Positions 25,812 through 35,040 of a stretch of 63,703 nucleotides of DNA are shown one piece after another (positions within the stretch are counted from its first letter, which is position 1; each line of letters opens with the position of its first letter). Origin of the DNA: a virus; the IMG/VR virus record IMGVR_UViG_3300045988_161557; one strand, written 5' to 3'. A program made the translations under genes and the position numbers. Below the pieces are notes generated by a model. The model saw only the letters and a program-made list of their open reading frames with translations. It was not told the origin of the DNA and searched no databases.

Positions 25812-28225
25812 AAGTCATCATCCGTTAGTATCTCGCCCTGACTGCTGCGCACCCATAGGCGCTGTAGCCCGTAGCCTGTTATCCTCTTAGTCTTTCCTTT
25901 CTCCCAGCCCGGAATCCACTCGAAGAGCGCGTTTATCTCTCGGGACTTATAGCGCAGCTTCTCGTCCAACGACTCACCGAACAACTCATATAATATCTCC
26001 ACCGTGCTAACCTCCGTGCGGGTGAGAACACCCTCAGCCTCCAGCGGGTCGGTCTGCTTGAAGTAGGCTCTGCGTCTCTCCAGGCTTCTTGTCTCCCAGT
26101 CGGCAGGAAGTGGCGTGTCGAGGTATCGTTGTATGAGTCCTATGCGCTCATCCTTGGCAACGTCGTTAAACTCCTTCTGCATCTTACGCGCCTGCATCTC
26201 CAGGTCTCGGGGCAGGAACAGCGGCTCTCCTTGCTCGTATCGCGTCTTGGCTTCTGCCCATACTTGGTCTCTATATTCGCTGTTAAGTTCTGTCCATATC
26301 GTCTTGGTCGGCACCTCTACGCCAGCCTCCACCACCCAGAAGCGTCTGTTACCGTTTGCGCCCTTGAGGAAGTTCGTCTCGTTGGTTGTGCCGAAGAACA
26401 CGCACTGCCTCGGGTACTCCTCTTCTCTGCGTCCGTAGGCGGGTCTGTACTTGTCAACGCTGCGTGAGAGGTACTGCTTCACAGCCTCCACCTCACTGCG
26501 CTTGATGCCTGCCAGCTCGCCCAACTCTATGAGCCAGGCCTTGCGCAGGCTTGCCATGCCTTCCTTGCCTTCCACCGTCACCACACTGTCACTGAACCAC
26601 TCACCGCCCATCCTTGCCAGCAGGGTGCTCTTGCCTATACCCTCGGGGCCTGTGATGACCAGTGTGTAGTCGTACTTACATCCTGGTCTTGTCGCGCGTG
26701 CCACAGCGGCGGTGAACTGCTTGCGTGTCTGCGCTCTTGTCAGCTCCGTGTCTCTTGCGCCAAGGAAGTCTATCAGCAGGGTGTCAAGGCGCTCTGTACC
26801 GTCCCAATGCAGGCCGCTCAGATACTCTCTCACGGGATGCTTCCTCCTGCTGTTGAAGACAGCTGTCAGCGCGTCTGTTATGCGGTCTTTACCTGTGATG
26901 CCATACCGCTCCTCCAGGAAGCAGCGCAGGCAGCAGTCGTCCGAATTCGTCCAGATGCCGAGTGGCCGTCCAACCGTCCAAGGCAGCTTGCCTTCGTAGC
27001 AGTCCATGCCGCTAAAGTCGTTCCTCCAAAGCTTGCCCTTGAAGCACTGGTCATTCTCCAGCACAAGGCGTATGTTCTTGATGGTGCTTGCCACAAGCCC
27101 AGCTCGTGTGTAGTCCATCAGCTTCAGCCACCCCGAATCCTCCTCAGTACCTGCCTCTACATTCTTGAAGTCTCCTTCGGCCGAGGCGTTGCGCTCCTCC
27201 ATCAGCGCGAGGCGCACCTGAGCGTCCGAGGCGGCAAACTCGCTCATCTTCTTGTAGGAGGGAAGCGAGGTGATGGCAGTACCCTCTTGGGCGTGTTCGT
27301 CATCCTTGCCGAACTTATGCAGCCTCACAAGGTCAAAGGAATTGACCAGATGCTGCGAGCAGGGGTCGGTAGCGTTATGGCTGTAAGCGAACAAGCCTCC
27401 CTCATATACCACCAGTCCAGCTGCTACGCTTCCCTGTGTATAGGTGTAGCGCTCTGTGTCCCCGCATTGCTCATATACGTCGGGCAGGAAGGTCGCTATG
27501 GCCTCGTGTATGTTGTAGCAGCGGCAGAACGCGCCCACAATACCCTTCTTCTCTGTCGGGTCTCCCTGCTTCTTGGAGGAGGTGTGTATGCAGGCGGCTA
27601 CGCGGCTGCTGTAAGGCCACTCGCTCACATCGCGCCAGTTGTGGTAGGCGGCAAGCACCTCGTCAGGATCCAGGGCTTCACCCTCTGTATGCTTGAAGTA
27701 ATACTCTACATCACGGGGGCTGCTCGGCCAGTACATCAGCCGCTCGGCCTCGTAGGTGGTGTCATCGAAGAGGTCTATGCCTATCCGTGCGGCCAGTGCT
27801 CTGCCCACCGCCTCGTACTCCTCGCTTGTCACGCTGCGGCTCAGCAGTACCACAAGCCTCATGCGGGGCGCTTCGGGTGTGTAGGTGTGCGTTCCATACA
27901 CAAACGCCTCATTGCCGTAGAGCAGACAGTACTGCTCCCATGTGTCGGCCTTCGCGTAGTCTATGTCCAGCGTTAGCACATCGCGGAACTTCACGCTACC
28001 TTTCCTGCGTTGCCCTTCTATGAGGTAGCCACCCACGAATCCTCCCACGTCCTTGCGCTGGCTCTGGTCTGGCTTGCTCATCGCCTTGTATTCCGCAAGG
28101 CTCTCTCCCGTCTGGGCTGTCTGTGAGCAACGCTCCACCAGCTTCTTCCAGTGCGTCTGTTTATTGCTCCAGCGCGTTGCGGTTCGCTTTGGCGCTGTGG
28201 CTATATATATTTGTCGGTCTGCCAT
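25808..28225 (-). CDS. Primase-helicase of the VirE (virulence-associated protein E) type
   Basis: Walker A LVITGPEGIGKSTL, then WLIELGEL, PRQCVFFGTTN and GNRRFWVV typical of the VirE family. A large N-terminal primase-like region follows. Confidence 0.8.
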   Translation of the reverse strand: MADRQIYIATAPKRTATRWSNKQTHWKKLVERCSQTAQTGESLAEYKAMSKPDQSQRKDVGGFVGGYLIEGQRRKGSVKFRDVLTLDIDYAKADTWEQYCLLYGNEAFVYGTHTYTPEAPRMRLVVLLSRSVTSEEYEAVGRALAARIGIDLFDDTTYEAERLMYWPSSPRDVEYYFKHTEGEALDPDEVLAAYHNWRDVSEWPYSSRVAACIHTSSKKQGDPTEKKGIVGAFCRCYNIHEAIATFLPDVYEQCGDTERYTYTQGSVAAGLVVYEGGLFAYSHNATDPCSQHLVNSFDLVRLHKFGKDDEHAQEGTAITSLPSYKKMSEFAASDAQVRLALMEERNASAEGDFKNVEAGTEEDSGWLKLMDYTRAGLVASTIKNIRLVLENDQCFKGKLWRNDFSGMDCYEGKLPWTVGRPLGIWTNSDDCCLRCFLEERYGITGKDRITDALTAVFNSRRKHPVREYLSGLHWDGTERLDTLLIDFLGARDTELTRAQTRKQFTAAVARATRPGCKYDYTLVITGPEGIGKSTLLARMGGEWFSDSVVTVEGKEGMASLRKAWLIELGELAGIKRSEVEAVKQYLSRSVDKYRPAYGRREEEYPRQCVFFGTTNETNFLKGANGNRRFWVVEAGVEVPTKTIWTELNSEYRDQVWAEAKTRYEQGEPLFLPRDLEMQARKMQKEFNDVAKDERIGLIQRYLDTPLPADWETRSLERRRAYFKQTDPLEAEGVLTRTEVSTVEILYELFGESLDEKLRYKSREINALFEWIPGWEKGKTKRITGYGLQRLWVRSSQGEILTDDDL

Positions 28226-28242
28226 TATGTTGTGTATGAATC

Positions 28243-30174
28243 TTAGTCCTTCATATAGTAGGGCGTCGTATAGCCTGCGCCTTTAAGCGGCAGGCCAGGG
28301 CACCAGTCTATCGGTTCTGCGAACAGAGCCTCTATCTCTGCAAGCGCGTTGGGGCGCTGTGAGTCCACGATTATTTCATCGTGTACGTGGAACACTATCT
28401 TATGCCCCTGCTTCTCGGCCTTGAGCATCACGTGGCAGAGGATGTCACGCGCGATGGCCTGCACGATGTTCTCCACAAGTTTGCCTCCCCAAGTGTCTGC
28501 TGTCTCCCACTTCTTCGTTGTCTGGTTCTGACGCTCGTATGTGATACGCATGCCCTTGAAGGTCTCTGTAGCATCCACTCTCGGGTAGGCAATGCGCCTG
28601 CCGCTGGGCAGGGTGACGAACAGCATGCCGTACCGCTTCTGCATACGTATGCCTCTGTTGATGGCTATCACGCGTCCCGTCTGTATGGCCGCAATGGCTG
28701 CACGCTCCACCACGCCCCACAGGTTTACGGTGTTCGGGTTAGCGCGTCTCCACTGGCGCACGTAGGTTTCCTTCTCCTTGTCGGTGAAGTTCAGTCCGTA
28801 GTTCCTTGCCATACTGTCGAAGGCAGCGGGGCCACCGCCATAACCGCAGGCAAGCACGGCCACCTTGCCTGGCTGTCTGAGGTCTCCATGGGGGCCATGC
28901 TTGGTAACCTCCACGCCGAACATCCTGCTGGCTGTCACGCAGTAGATGTCACCGCCATTGGCAAAGGTGTCCAGCACCCACTGCTCACCGCTCACCCATG
29001 CCGTCACTCTCGCCTCGATGGCTGAGAAGTCGCACACGTGCAGCACTCCTCCCTCTGAGGGGATGAGGGCTGTCCTTATGAGTTGGGACAGGGTATCTGG
29101 TATGCTGTCGTAGCAGAGAGACATCATCTCGTAGTCACCGCCTCGCAGTATCTCACGCGCAAGGCCAAGGTCACTGAGGTGGTTCTGTGGCAGGTTCTGT
29201 GTCTGCACACCACGTCCGCTGAAGCGCCCTGTAAAGGTACCGTAGTACTGCGTGAGTCCGTGGGCGCGACCGTCCTTGCAACGCCATTGAAGCATGGTCT
29301 CGTACTTCTTCACACTTGTCTTGCCAAGGTCAAGCCGTATCTCCAGCATCCTGCGTACTCGTTCGGGCAGATAGGGGTTCTTAAGCAGCTCCTTCACAAC
29401 AGACTTGTCAAGGGCTTCTGTCTTCACTCCCCAACTGGCAAGCCAAGGCCGCAACTGGGCGATGCTGCTTGGGTTCTCAAGCCCTGTTATCTTCTTGGCT
29501 TCCTCGCTAAGCTCCTCAGAGCATCGTTCCCAGAAGCGCAAGGCGTTACGTGCCAGTGTAGCATCCACAGCCACACCGCGCTGGTTGATACGGAAGTCAA
29601 GCAGCTGCACCTCACGCTCCCAACGTGGTTGCCAAGCCTTATCCACAAGCCTGCGGCCTATCTCCACCTCGCTATCTACATCACGACGGCAGTACTGCTT
29701 GAAGAGTTCCCAGCGCTCCTTGTGTTGCTCACGTGTTCTCCTCGCGCCTTTATAAGGCTTGCAGAAGAACGTGATAAGCGCCTTGCCCTCCCTCATCTTC
29801 TGCTTGTCCTCTGCCAGCCCAAGGACTTCTCCCAGCTGGCCAAGGGCAAGGGGCAGGCCAAGGTACGCGCCCATGATCATGGTGTCGTACCACTGCGTCT
29901 CGTCCATCTTCTGACCGAAGTGCTTGCTGAGGCACACTATCTCGAACGACATGTTATGTGCCAACTTCTTTACCGAGGGGTCAAGCAGCGCGTGCCTGAC
30001 CTCGGCAGGCAGCTCCTCGCCAGCCTCGAAGTCAACTATCTCAGCGGGAGTGCCGTCTATGCTGTAGCTGAAGAGCAACACCTTGAAGTTGTCACTCTCC
30101 ACGTACTTGTACAGACCGCAGGCACTCAAGTCCACGTCCGAGTATGTCTCTATGTCTATCAGTAATGAAGTCAT
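28243..30174 (-). CDS. Family-A DNA polymerase with 3'-5' exonuclease domain
   Basis: Exo I LLIDIETYS, Exo II HNMSFE, Exo III YCRRDVD. Pol motif A VCDFSAIEARV, motif B RQPGKVAVLACGYGGG, motif C FHVHDEIIVD. Confidence 0.9.
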   Translation of the reverse strand: MTSLLIDIETYSDVDLSACGLYKYVESDNFKVLLFSYSIDGTPAEIVDFEAGEELPAEVRHALLDPSVKKLAHNMSFEIVCLSKHFGQKMDETQWYDTMIMGAYLGLPLALGQLGEVLGLAEDKQKMREGKALITFFCKPYKGARRTREQHKERWELFKQYCRRDVDSEVEIGRRLVDKAWQPRWEREVQLLDFRINQRGVAVDATLARNALRFWERCSEELSEEAKKITGLENPSSIAQLRPWLASWGVKTEALDKSVVKELLKNPYLPERVRRMLEIRLDLGKTSVKKYETMLQWRCKDGRAHGLTQYYGTFTGRFSGRGVQTQNLPQNHLSDLGLAREILRGGDYEMMSLCYDSIPDTLSQLIRTALIPSEGGVLHVCDFSAIEARVTAWVSGEQWVLDTFANGGDIYCVTASRMFGVEVTKHGPHGDLRQPGKVAVLACGYGGGPAAFDSMARNYGLNFTDKEKETYVRQWRRANPNTVNLWGVVERAAIAAIQTGRVIAINRGIRMQKRYGMLFVTLPSGRRIAYPRVDATETFKGMRITYERQNQTTKKWETADTWGGKLVENIVQAIARDILCHVMLKAEKQGHKIVFHVHDEIIVDSQRPNALAEIEALFAEPIDWCPGLPLKGAGYTTPYYMKD

Positions 30175-30176
30175 GT

Positions 30177-30200
30177 GAGGCTCTGTGGAATCGAACCACA
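30177..30200 (-). ncRNA. tRNA-like T-arm plus 3' acceptor strand (fragment or tRNA-like element, not a foldable tRNA)
   Basis: Minus strand TGTGG-TTCGATT-CCACA-GAGCCTC-A ends 2 nt before the polymerase ATG. No matching 5' acceptor strand at tRNA distance. Confidence 0.2.
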
Positions 30201-30431
30201 GAAGCAGGCCCTACCGCCACACTCGCAACCACAAAGGAGTGCTCCAATCCTGCTTTTTACTGACCAGTCAGCCCCGTGTGGCCAGCTCTATATCCTCGCG
30301 GACAGTGGGCTTGGCCTCCATTGTCTATAAAAAGAAATTTCCAATGTGCGAGGCAGACTTGCCCTCACGGGTTTACCTACCTAAGTAAAAATAGTAGTGA
30401 ATCTAAAACATAGTATATTAAAGAGTCTTGC

Positions 30432-30488
30432 TCCCGCGGGGTGAGTCGAACACCCAGAAATCAAGATAAGACCATCCGTGGCGCGGGA
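30432..30488 (-). ncRNA. 57-nt tRNA-like minihelix (7-bp acceptor-like stem plus T-arm, no D or anticodon arms)
   Basis: Minus strand TCCCGCG-N26-GGGTG-TTCGACT-CACCC-CGCGGGA. The 7-bp closing stem is perfect and the T-loop matches the TTCGANT consensus. Confidence 0.25.
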
Positions 30489-30509
30489 GGGAGTTACTGG
30501 GACTACTCC

Positions 30510-31079
30510 TTATAAGTCATCATCGTAGGCGGGTATGTTCACCCCTGCGAAGTCTGCGGCTGCATCCGTCTTGGCATTACCCAGAGGCTCACCGTCTCTT
30601 GACTTCATCAGATTGTTCAGATACACGCTGATGCCCATCTTGCCGTTGTTGAGGTAACCTCTGAAGGCGATGCTCGCGTAGCCGTAGCAGCCGCTATACA
30701 TCTCGTCAGGGTTAAGTATGGGCTGTTTGTTACGGTCTATGATGCCAGGCTGGCTCTTGCCCTTGGAGTTGAGGAACCAGTGGTTCTCGTAGGCTTCTCC
30801 TCTGTCTGTACCGTCATTCTTAGGCTCATCACCGTCATGCAGGGGTGTAACGTTCTTCAGAGGAGGACGCTTGCCGCCCCATATCTCTGTGACTGCTGAC
30901 TCGTATGCCTGCTTGATAGCCTTGTCTATAAGCGCGTTCAACTGCGCGTTGTCCTTCGGGATGAGCAGTGTTGCCGTGTAGTTCTTGTTGGCTCCTTCCT
31001 CTGCCGCCCAAGGCTCAAACACATGGACGTAACTGAAGCGTACCTCACCGATAACTAAAGAAATTGCTTTTGTTGCCAT
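30510..31079 (-). CDS. DUF2815-type phage ssDNA-binding protein
   Basis: GEVRFSYVHVFEP..., PLHDGDEP, YSGCYGYASIAFRGY and the acidic C-terminal tip PAYDDDL. It sits beside the DUF2800 nuclease as in known modules. Confidence 0.7.
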   Translation of the reverse strand: MATKAISLVIGEVRFSYVHVFEPWAAEEGANKNYTATLLIPKDNAQLNALIDKAIKQAYESAVTEIWGGKRPPLKNVTPLHDGDEPKNDGTDRGEAYENHWFLNSKGKSQPGIIDRNKQPILNPDEMYSGCYGYASIAFRGYLNNGKMGISVYLNNLMKSRDGEPLGNAKTDAAADFAGVNIPAYDDDL

Positions 31080-31112
31080 CTTGTTTACTCGTCTAATCGT
31101 TAATAATCTTGT

Positions 31113-32300
31113 TTACTCGTCTATCTCAATATTCTCAAAATCCTTCTGCGCACTGCTGTAGTTCTTGGGAGGTCTCTTGTCGGACAACGGTACCAGAACG
31201 GGCTTGCCTTCGGGCTTGATGACGCATCCGTCAGATAGCTCTGCAAACTTCTTCTTGCCGACAAGCTTCTCCAACTCTCCAAGCGCTCTCAACTCCTTGG
31301 GCTTATAGATGTCCGTAGCGCCTGCCTCTTCCAGTCTTGCACCTAACAGGCCGCTATCAGACACCACCCTTATGCTTCTGCCCTCTACTATCTTCCATCC
31401 CTCGAACTCCTCACCGTCAATGGCTCTTGCCAATGCGCTCTCCTCTACAGCCGTGCACCACTTCTTGATGGTGGGTATCACTTCCAGGATAGCGGGCATC
31501 TGCTCGGCGGTTATCAAGCCCTTGTCCTTGTGCTCGGAGTGTACCGACAGGGCCTGCTCGGCCAGCTTGGCACACTGAGCCTGCACCTTGCAGAACCTGC
31601 ACCACTCGCCTGGCTTCTGCTCGCCCTCGCCCTTGTTGGCCTTGCGGGCAGCGGGTGTAAGCTTCTCCTCCTGCCATTTGGCCAGTTCATCCACCGACAG
31701 CTCGTATTCGCTTATGTTCTGCTTGCGGGGCTGTATGATGGTCATGCGCACACACCTTATGTCGTACTCCCAGGAATAAGCGTCCAGCGCGCCAAGCGCG
31801 TATATCATCATCTGTGTGTTTTCGGTAGCGCTCACCTCCACACCTTTGCCATACTTGAAGTCTATCACCTCCATCATCCCATCGGCTATGATGATGGCAT
31901 CAGCCGTTCCGAAGGAGTCGGGGATATACTTGGTAAAGTCAAGCTGCTTCTCCACAAACAACTGGGCATCAGCGGTGCTCTTCAGCGCGTCCCTGTACTT
32001 CTCCCACACTACACTCACGTAGAGGTCGGTCGCTTCCTTCATCTCATCGGTAAAGTACTGCTCACGGCCTTGCTCGAACTCATCATTCGCGGCTTTCAGA
32101 GCCTGCTCGTACTTACCGCCTGTCTCCACGTTGAGATAGTGCAGAAGCTTGGACTCGCACAAGGCATGCGCGCAGGATCCTTCTTCGGCATATACGCTTC
32201 CCTTGTCTGGCACTCCCTCCTCCAGCCTGGCAGAGGGAGTGCAGTTTATCCATCTATGGCTGCTGCTCGGTGAAAGCAGCGCGTGTCCTGTTGCTGACAT
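31113..32300 (-). CDS. DUF2800 / PD-(D/E)XK Cas4-RecB-like exonuclease
   Basis: N-terminal GHALLSPSSSHRWINCTPS, IDFKYGKG (D..K core), and a C-terminal Cys cluster CRFCKVQAQC. Confidence 0.75.
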   Translation of the reverse strand: MSATGHALLSPSSSHRWINCTPSARLEEGVPDKGSVYAEEGSCAHALCESKLLHYLNVETGGKYEQALKAANDEFEQGREQYFTDEMKEATDLYVSVVWEKYRDALKSTADAQLFVEKQLDFTKYIPDSFGTADAIIIADGMMEVIDFKYGKGVEVSATENTQMMIYALGALDAYSWEYDIRCVRMTIIQPRKQNISEYELSVDELAKWQEEKLTPAARKANKGEGEQKPGEWCRFCKVQAQCAKLAEQALSVHSEHKDKGLITAEQMPAILEVIPTIKKWCTAVEESALARAIDGEEFEGWKIVEGRSIRVVSDSGLLGARLEEAGATDIYKPKELRALGELEKLVGKKKFAELSDGCVIKPEGKPVLVPLSDKRPPKNYSSAQKDFENIEIDE

Positions 32301-32303
32301 AAC

Positions 32304-33167
32304 TTAGAATGGTACAGGGTCTTCAAAATCCGTATGGTCTGCGTTCCATGTGAGGTTCATCATCTCGTTATGGACAAACTCATACAACTTATCTCCAGGC
32401 AGAGTGCTCGGCTTGGTAGTGCCGTACAGATGGTTGCAGCGTGCGCTTATGGTACGCGACAGCTGTAATGCTTGGGGAGTCTCCATTTCCACACCAAGCT
32501 GTGCTCTCAGTTCCACAAGCTTCTGACGGAACTCAGCGGCTGTCATGGTAGGCGCAGTAGGCTGTTGTGCAGACGGCGATACAGGCTCTGGCTGTGGCAC
32601 GGGCTTTGGCTGTGGTGCAGGCTCTGACTGTGGCTTGCTATCGGTCTCCATCTCCGCACCAAGCTGTGCTCTCAGTTCCACAAGCTTCTGATAGAACTCA
32701 GCGGCTGTCATGGTAGTCGCAGTAGGCTGTTGCGCAGGCTGCGATACAGGCTCTGGCTGTGGCACGGGCTGCGGCTCGGGTGTAGGCTCTGACTGTGGCT
32801 TGCTATCGGTCTCCTCTCCTTCAGCAAAGGGCAGGTCAGACTGCTCCTGCTTGGTCTGCGGGGCTTCACCTTCTCCCTCGCTATCAGCGGGGGACTCGGC
32901 AGACAGGGCTGGCTCGGCCTCCTTCTTCTCCGTCTTAGTGCTCTTACGTGGCTTGCGTGCCTTGGGCTGAACCACTAAGGGCTTCTCTTCTACGGGTGCA
33001 ACAGCTTCCGCGCTCACCTCTTCAAGAGCATCGCCCTCAGACGCTGGCTCGCTCACCACGTCGCTACTAAGATGGTTCAACAGACAGCGCGACATGGCTG
33101 TCATCGCGCCTTCAAGCATGCGGCAGTCCAATTCCTGCCCAGTGCTAAATTCGAGTGTAATCTTCAT
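32304..33167 (-). CDS. Pro/Gln-rich protein with an internal 55-aa tandem duplication and an SSB-tip-like C-terminus
   Basis: ETDSKPQSEP..TMTAAEF.QKLVELRAQLG occurs twice. The protein ends ...DFEDPVPF. Confidence 0.65.
   Translation of the reverse strand: MKITLEFSTGQELDCRMLEGAMTAMSRCLLNHLSSDVVSEPASEGDALEEVSAEAVAPVEEKPLVVQPKARKPRKSTKTEKKEAEPALSAESPADSEGEGEAPQTKQEQSDLPFAEGEETDSKPQSEPTPEPQPVPQPEPVSQPAQQPTATTMTAAEFYQKLVELRAQLGAEMETDSKPQSEPAPQPKPVPQPEPVSPSAQQPTAPTMTAAEFRQKLVELRAQLGVEMETPQALQLSRTISARCNHLYGTTKPSTLPGDKLYEFVHNEMMNLTWNADHTDFEDPVPF
32481..32810. repeat. 2 x 165-bp tandem duplication inside a CDS
   Basis: Unit starts CTCCAT(T/C)TCC at 32481 and 32646. Near-identical DNA encodes the duplicated 55-aa segment. 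Confidence 0.85.
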
Positions 33168-33186
33168 TTTAAGTAAGTATTATGGA

Positions 33187-33384
33187 TTATAAGCAAAACT
33201 TGCGGTAGCGTATAAGAGCGGCGCCAAGGAACAGCATGTGGCCTTTCGGGCTGGTAAGGAAATCTACTATACCGCTCCTGGCATCCTTACGCAATGTGTT
33301 GGCACTTATGCCCAACAACTCAGCGGCTTCTCCTATCCTGTAGGACATATCCGCGTCTATCTCGTGGTATTCTCTCCGTCTCAT
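33187..33384 (-). CDS. Small HTH protein (MerR/excisionase-like)
   Basis: YRIGEAAELLGISANTLRKDARSGIV. Confidence 0.55.
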   Translation of the reverse strand: MRRREYHEIDADMSYRIGEAAELLGISANTLRKDARSGIVDFLTSPKGHMLFLGAALIRYRKFCL

Positions 33385-33614
33385 AAGCCCTCCTTCTGTA
33401 TATAGTAGTCGGCTACTTCTGAGCGTGTAGCCATTCGGCCTATGCTGTCACTCACATGCTGCTTGATAGCGAAATAGGTATTCTCGTCCATACCGCGCAA
33501 CACGTATTCCCTGCGGTCGCACCGCTGCTCAAGCGTTCCGACCACTCCAAGGAGGAATACCAGCACCACGACTCCCAGTGTCGTAGTGATAAAATTCTTT
33601 GTTCTCTTATTCAT
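33381..33614 (-). CDS. Small single-pass membrane protein
   Basis: 77 aa, TM FITTTLGVVVLVFLLGVVGTL. 4-nt overlap with the downstream gene. Confidence 0.55.
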   Translation of the reverse strand: MNKRTKNFITTTLGVVVLVFLLGVVGTLEQRCDRREYVLRGMDENTYFAIKQHVSDSIGRMATRSEVADYYIQKEGL

Positions 33615-33634
33615 ATCTTGATTCTTTTAAGTTG

Positions 33635-33844
33635 TTAATCCTCGTAGATTTTCACATGCACCTTCATATTGAGTTTCTTGAACTCCTCACTGATGCAGTT
33701 GGCAAGCTCGGGCTTTCTCGTCTTCACCCGCAGGAAATCCTTGCTGTAGTAAAAGGCCAGGTGCATCTCCATCAGCACGGCAGTGGCCTTAACGAGGTTG
33801 TCCCTTCTACCCCGCCCATAAACCAGCTTCACCGACTGCTTCAT
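33635..33844 (-). CDS. Hypothetical small protein
   Basis: 69-aa ORF with a 4-nt overlap with the upstream gene. Confidence 0.5.
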   Translation of the reverse strand: MKQSVKLVYGRGRRDNLVKATAVLMEMHLAFYYSKDFLRVKTRKPELANCISEEFKKLNMKVHVKIYED

Positions 33845-34077
33845 TCGTCCTCCTTCTTGTCTGGGTTCTCAATGCCAAGCATCTCACAAGCCTTCTCGCG
33901 GATGGCAAGGAAGTTGCCAAGATAGGGGCTGAACTCGCTGAACTCCCCAGCAAGCGCTCTCGATACAGTCATTCGGCTGTAGGGCTTGCCAATCTCGCGT
34001 GCCAAGGCAGTGATGAAACCGTAGGGCTTCACAGGAAGTGCCTGATAACGCTTTCTCTTAGTCATCTCTTCTGTCAT
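33841..34077 (-). CDS. Hypothetical small protein
   Basis: 78-aa ORF in the co-directional early operon. Confidence 0.5.
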   Translation of the reverse strand: MTEEMTKRKRYQALPVKPYGFITALAREIGKPYSRMTVSRALAGEFSEFSPYLGNFLAIREKACEMLGIENPDKKEDE

Positions 34078-34089
34078 ATCACATCTTAT

Positions 34090-34401
34090 TTATTCGGGCT
34101 TCTTCTCAGACTCGATCTGAGCCAAACCCTCATCCGTCATCTTCTCCAATCCGTTCACAGCGCAAGCACCACGCGCATACTGCGCCACAAGCGAGGCCGA
34201 CAGATACGTAGGATAAACAGTGCCCGCCTCCAGCAGCTCCACAAGCTTGGCAAGGCTACCTACCCCGCCCTTGTTTCTGCCGTTATAGAAATCGCGCAGT
34301 CTGTTTGGCTCCAGTGAACCGTCCTCCAAGAACCAGAAGTTCTCGTCAGCGTAAGCGACAATCTTCTGCTCCAATGTGCTATTGTTATCCCTTGTCTCCA
34401 T
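34090..34401 (-). CDS. Hypothetical protein
   Basis: 103-aa ORF, the first larger gene of the early operon after a structured 100-bp gap. Confidence 0.55.
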   Translation of the reverse strand: METRDNNSTLEQKIVAYADENFWFLEDGSLEPNRLRDFYNGRNKGGVGSLAKLVELLEAGTVYPTYLSASLVAQYARGACAVNGLEKMTDEGLAQIESEKKPE

Positions 34402-34501
34402 CGTTATCTGTATTTAATGGTCGGCCACGCAAGCGTGGATAATATCTCGTTCCAAATAAATATATCTGTGGCTTTGCGCAGCCGACCGAATTTCCTGTTT
34501 A

Positions 34502-34789
34502 TTAAAACCTACCGATATGTAAAAAGCTTGAGGCGTGGCGAATAGAGGTGTCCTTTAGCACCAGCTTTACCCACTGGCCTGCCTCCCTTGCTTCCTTCTC
34601 GCTTCTGAAAAGCAGACCGAGCTTGCGGAGGCGGGTCAGATAGTCTGTACCGAACATATCAGGCCAGACATTCATCTCATGCGCCCGTATTGGCTCCAGC
34701 GTCCTGCTCAGACACCACAGGTTACGGGTCAGCTTCCCACTCTCTTTAGGGGAGTCCCAAAGCGTTCTTATAGTTCCTTTCTCTTCCAT
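34502..34789 (-). CDS. Hypothetical protein in the Cro-like position (divergent from the repressor)
   Basis: 95-aa ORF, first gene leftward of the 385-bp divergent intergenic region. No clear HTH seen. Confidence 0.45.
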   Translation of the reverse strand: MEEKGTIRTLWDSPKESGKLTRNLWCLSRTLEPIRAHEMNVWPDMFGTDYLTRLRKLGLLFRSEKEAREAGQWVKLVLKDTSIRHASSFLHIGRF

Positions 34790-34980
34790 ATCGTATCTTT
34801 TACTATCTTCTGTATCTCAAAAAGTTGGCTACGCAGGAACACTCGTAATAATAAAATTCGCCAAAACTTATATTCAAATGAAAACTTCACCTGCGCAACC
34901 AAACTTTTTTAGTAGCCACATGAGCGATTATGCTCCTCGTGCTCTCGTCCGTGTGGCCTGTTCTCCATCATATCTTTTTC

Positions 34981-35040
34981 CCATCTTTTATTAACTTTTA
35001 TCCGTTTTTATCATGTTTTACCATCTTTTTCCTTAACTTT
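34981..35040. promoter_or_regulatory. Pair of 20-bp direct repeats, candidate operators in the lysis-lysogeny switch region
   Basis: CCATCTTTTATTAACTTTTA (34981-35000) and CCATCTTTTTCCTTAACTTT (35021-35040), 40 bp apart, between divergent genes. Confidence 0.3.

Noticed and set aside
28243-30174. The family-A polymerase as a marker of a modified-base (e.g. 2-aminoadenine, DpoZ-type) genome.
   Set aside because: No PurZ, DatZ or MazZ-like set or other base-modification pathway is recognisable. The MazG-like gene alone is not sufficient.
30177-30488. Calling the two T-arm-containing elements bona fide tRNA genes.
   Set aside because: I could not build a cloverleaf. Element (a) lacks a 7-bp acceptor partner at tRNA distance, and element (b) has only 26 nt in place of the D and anticodon arms. 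They are reported as tRNA-like elements with low confidence instead.
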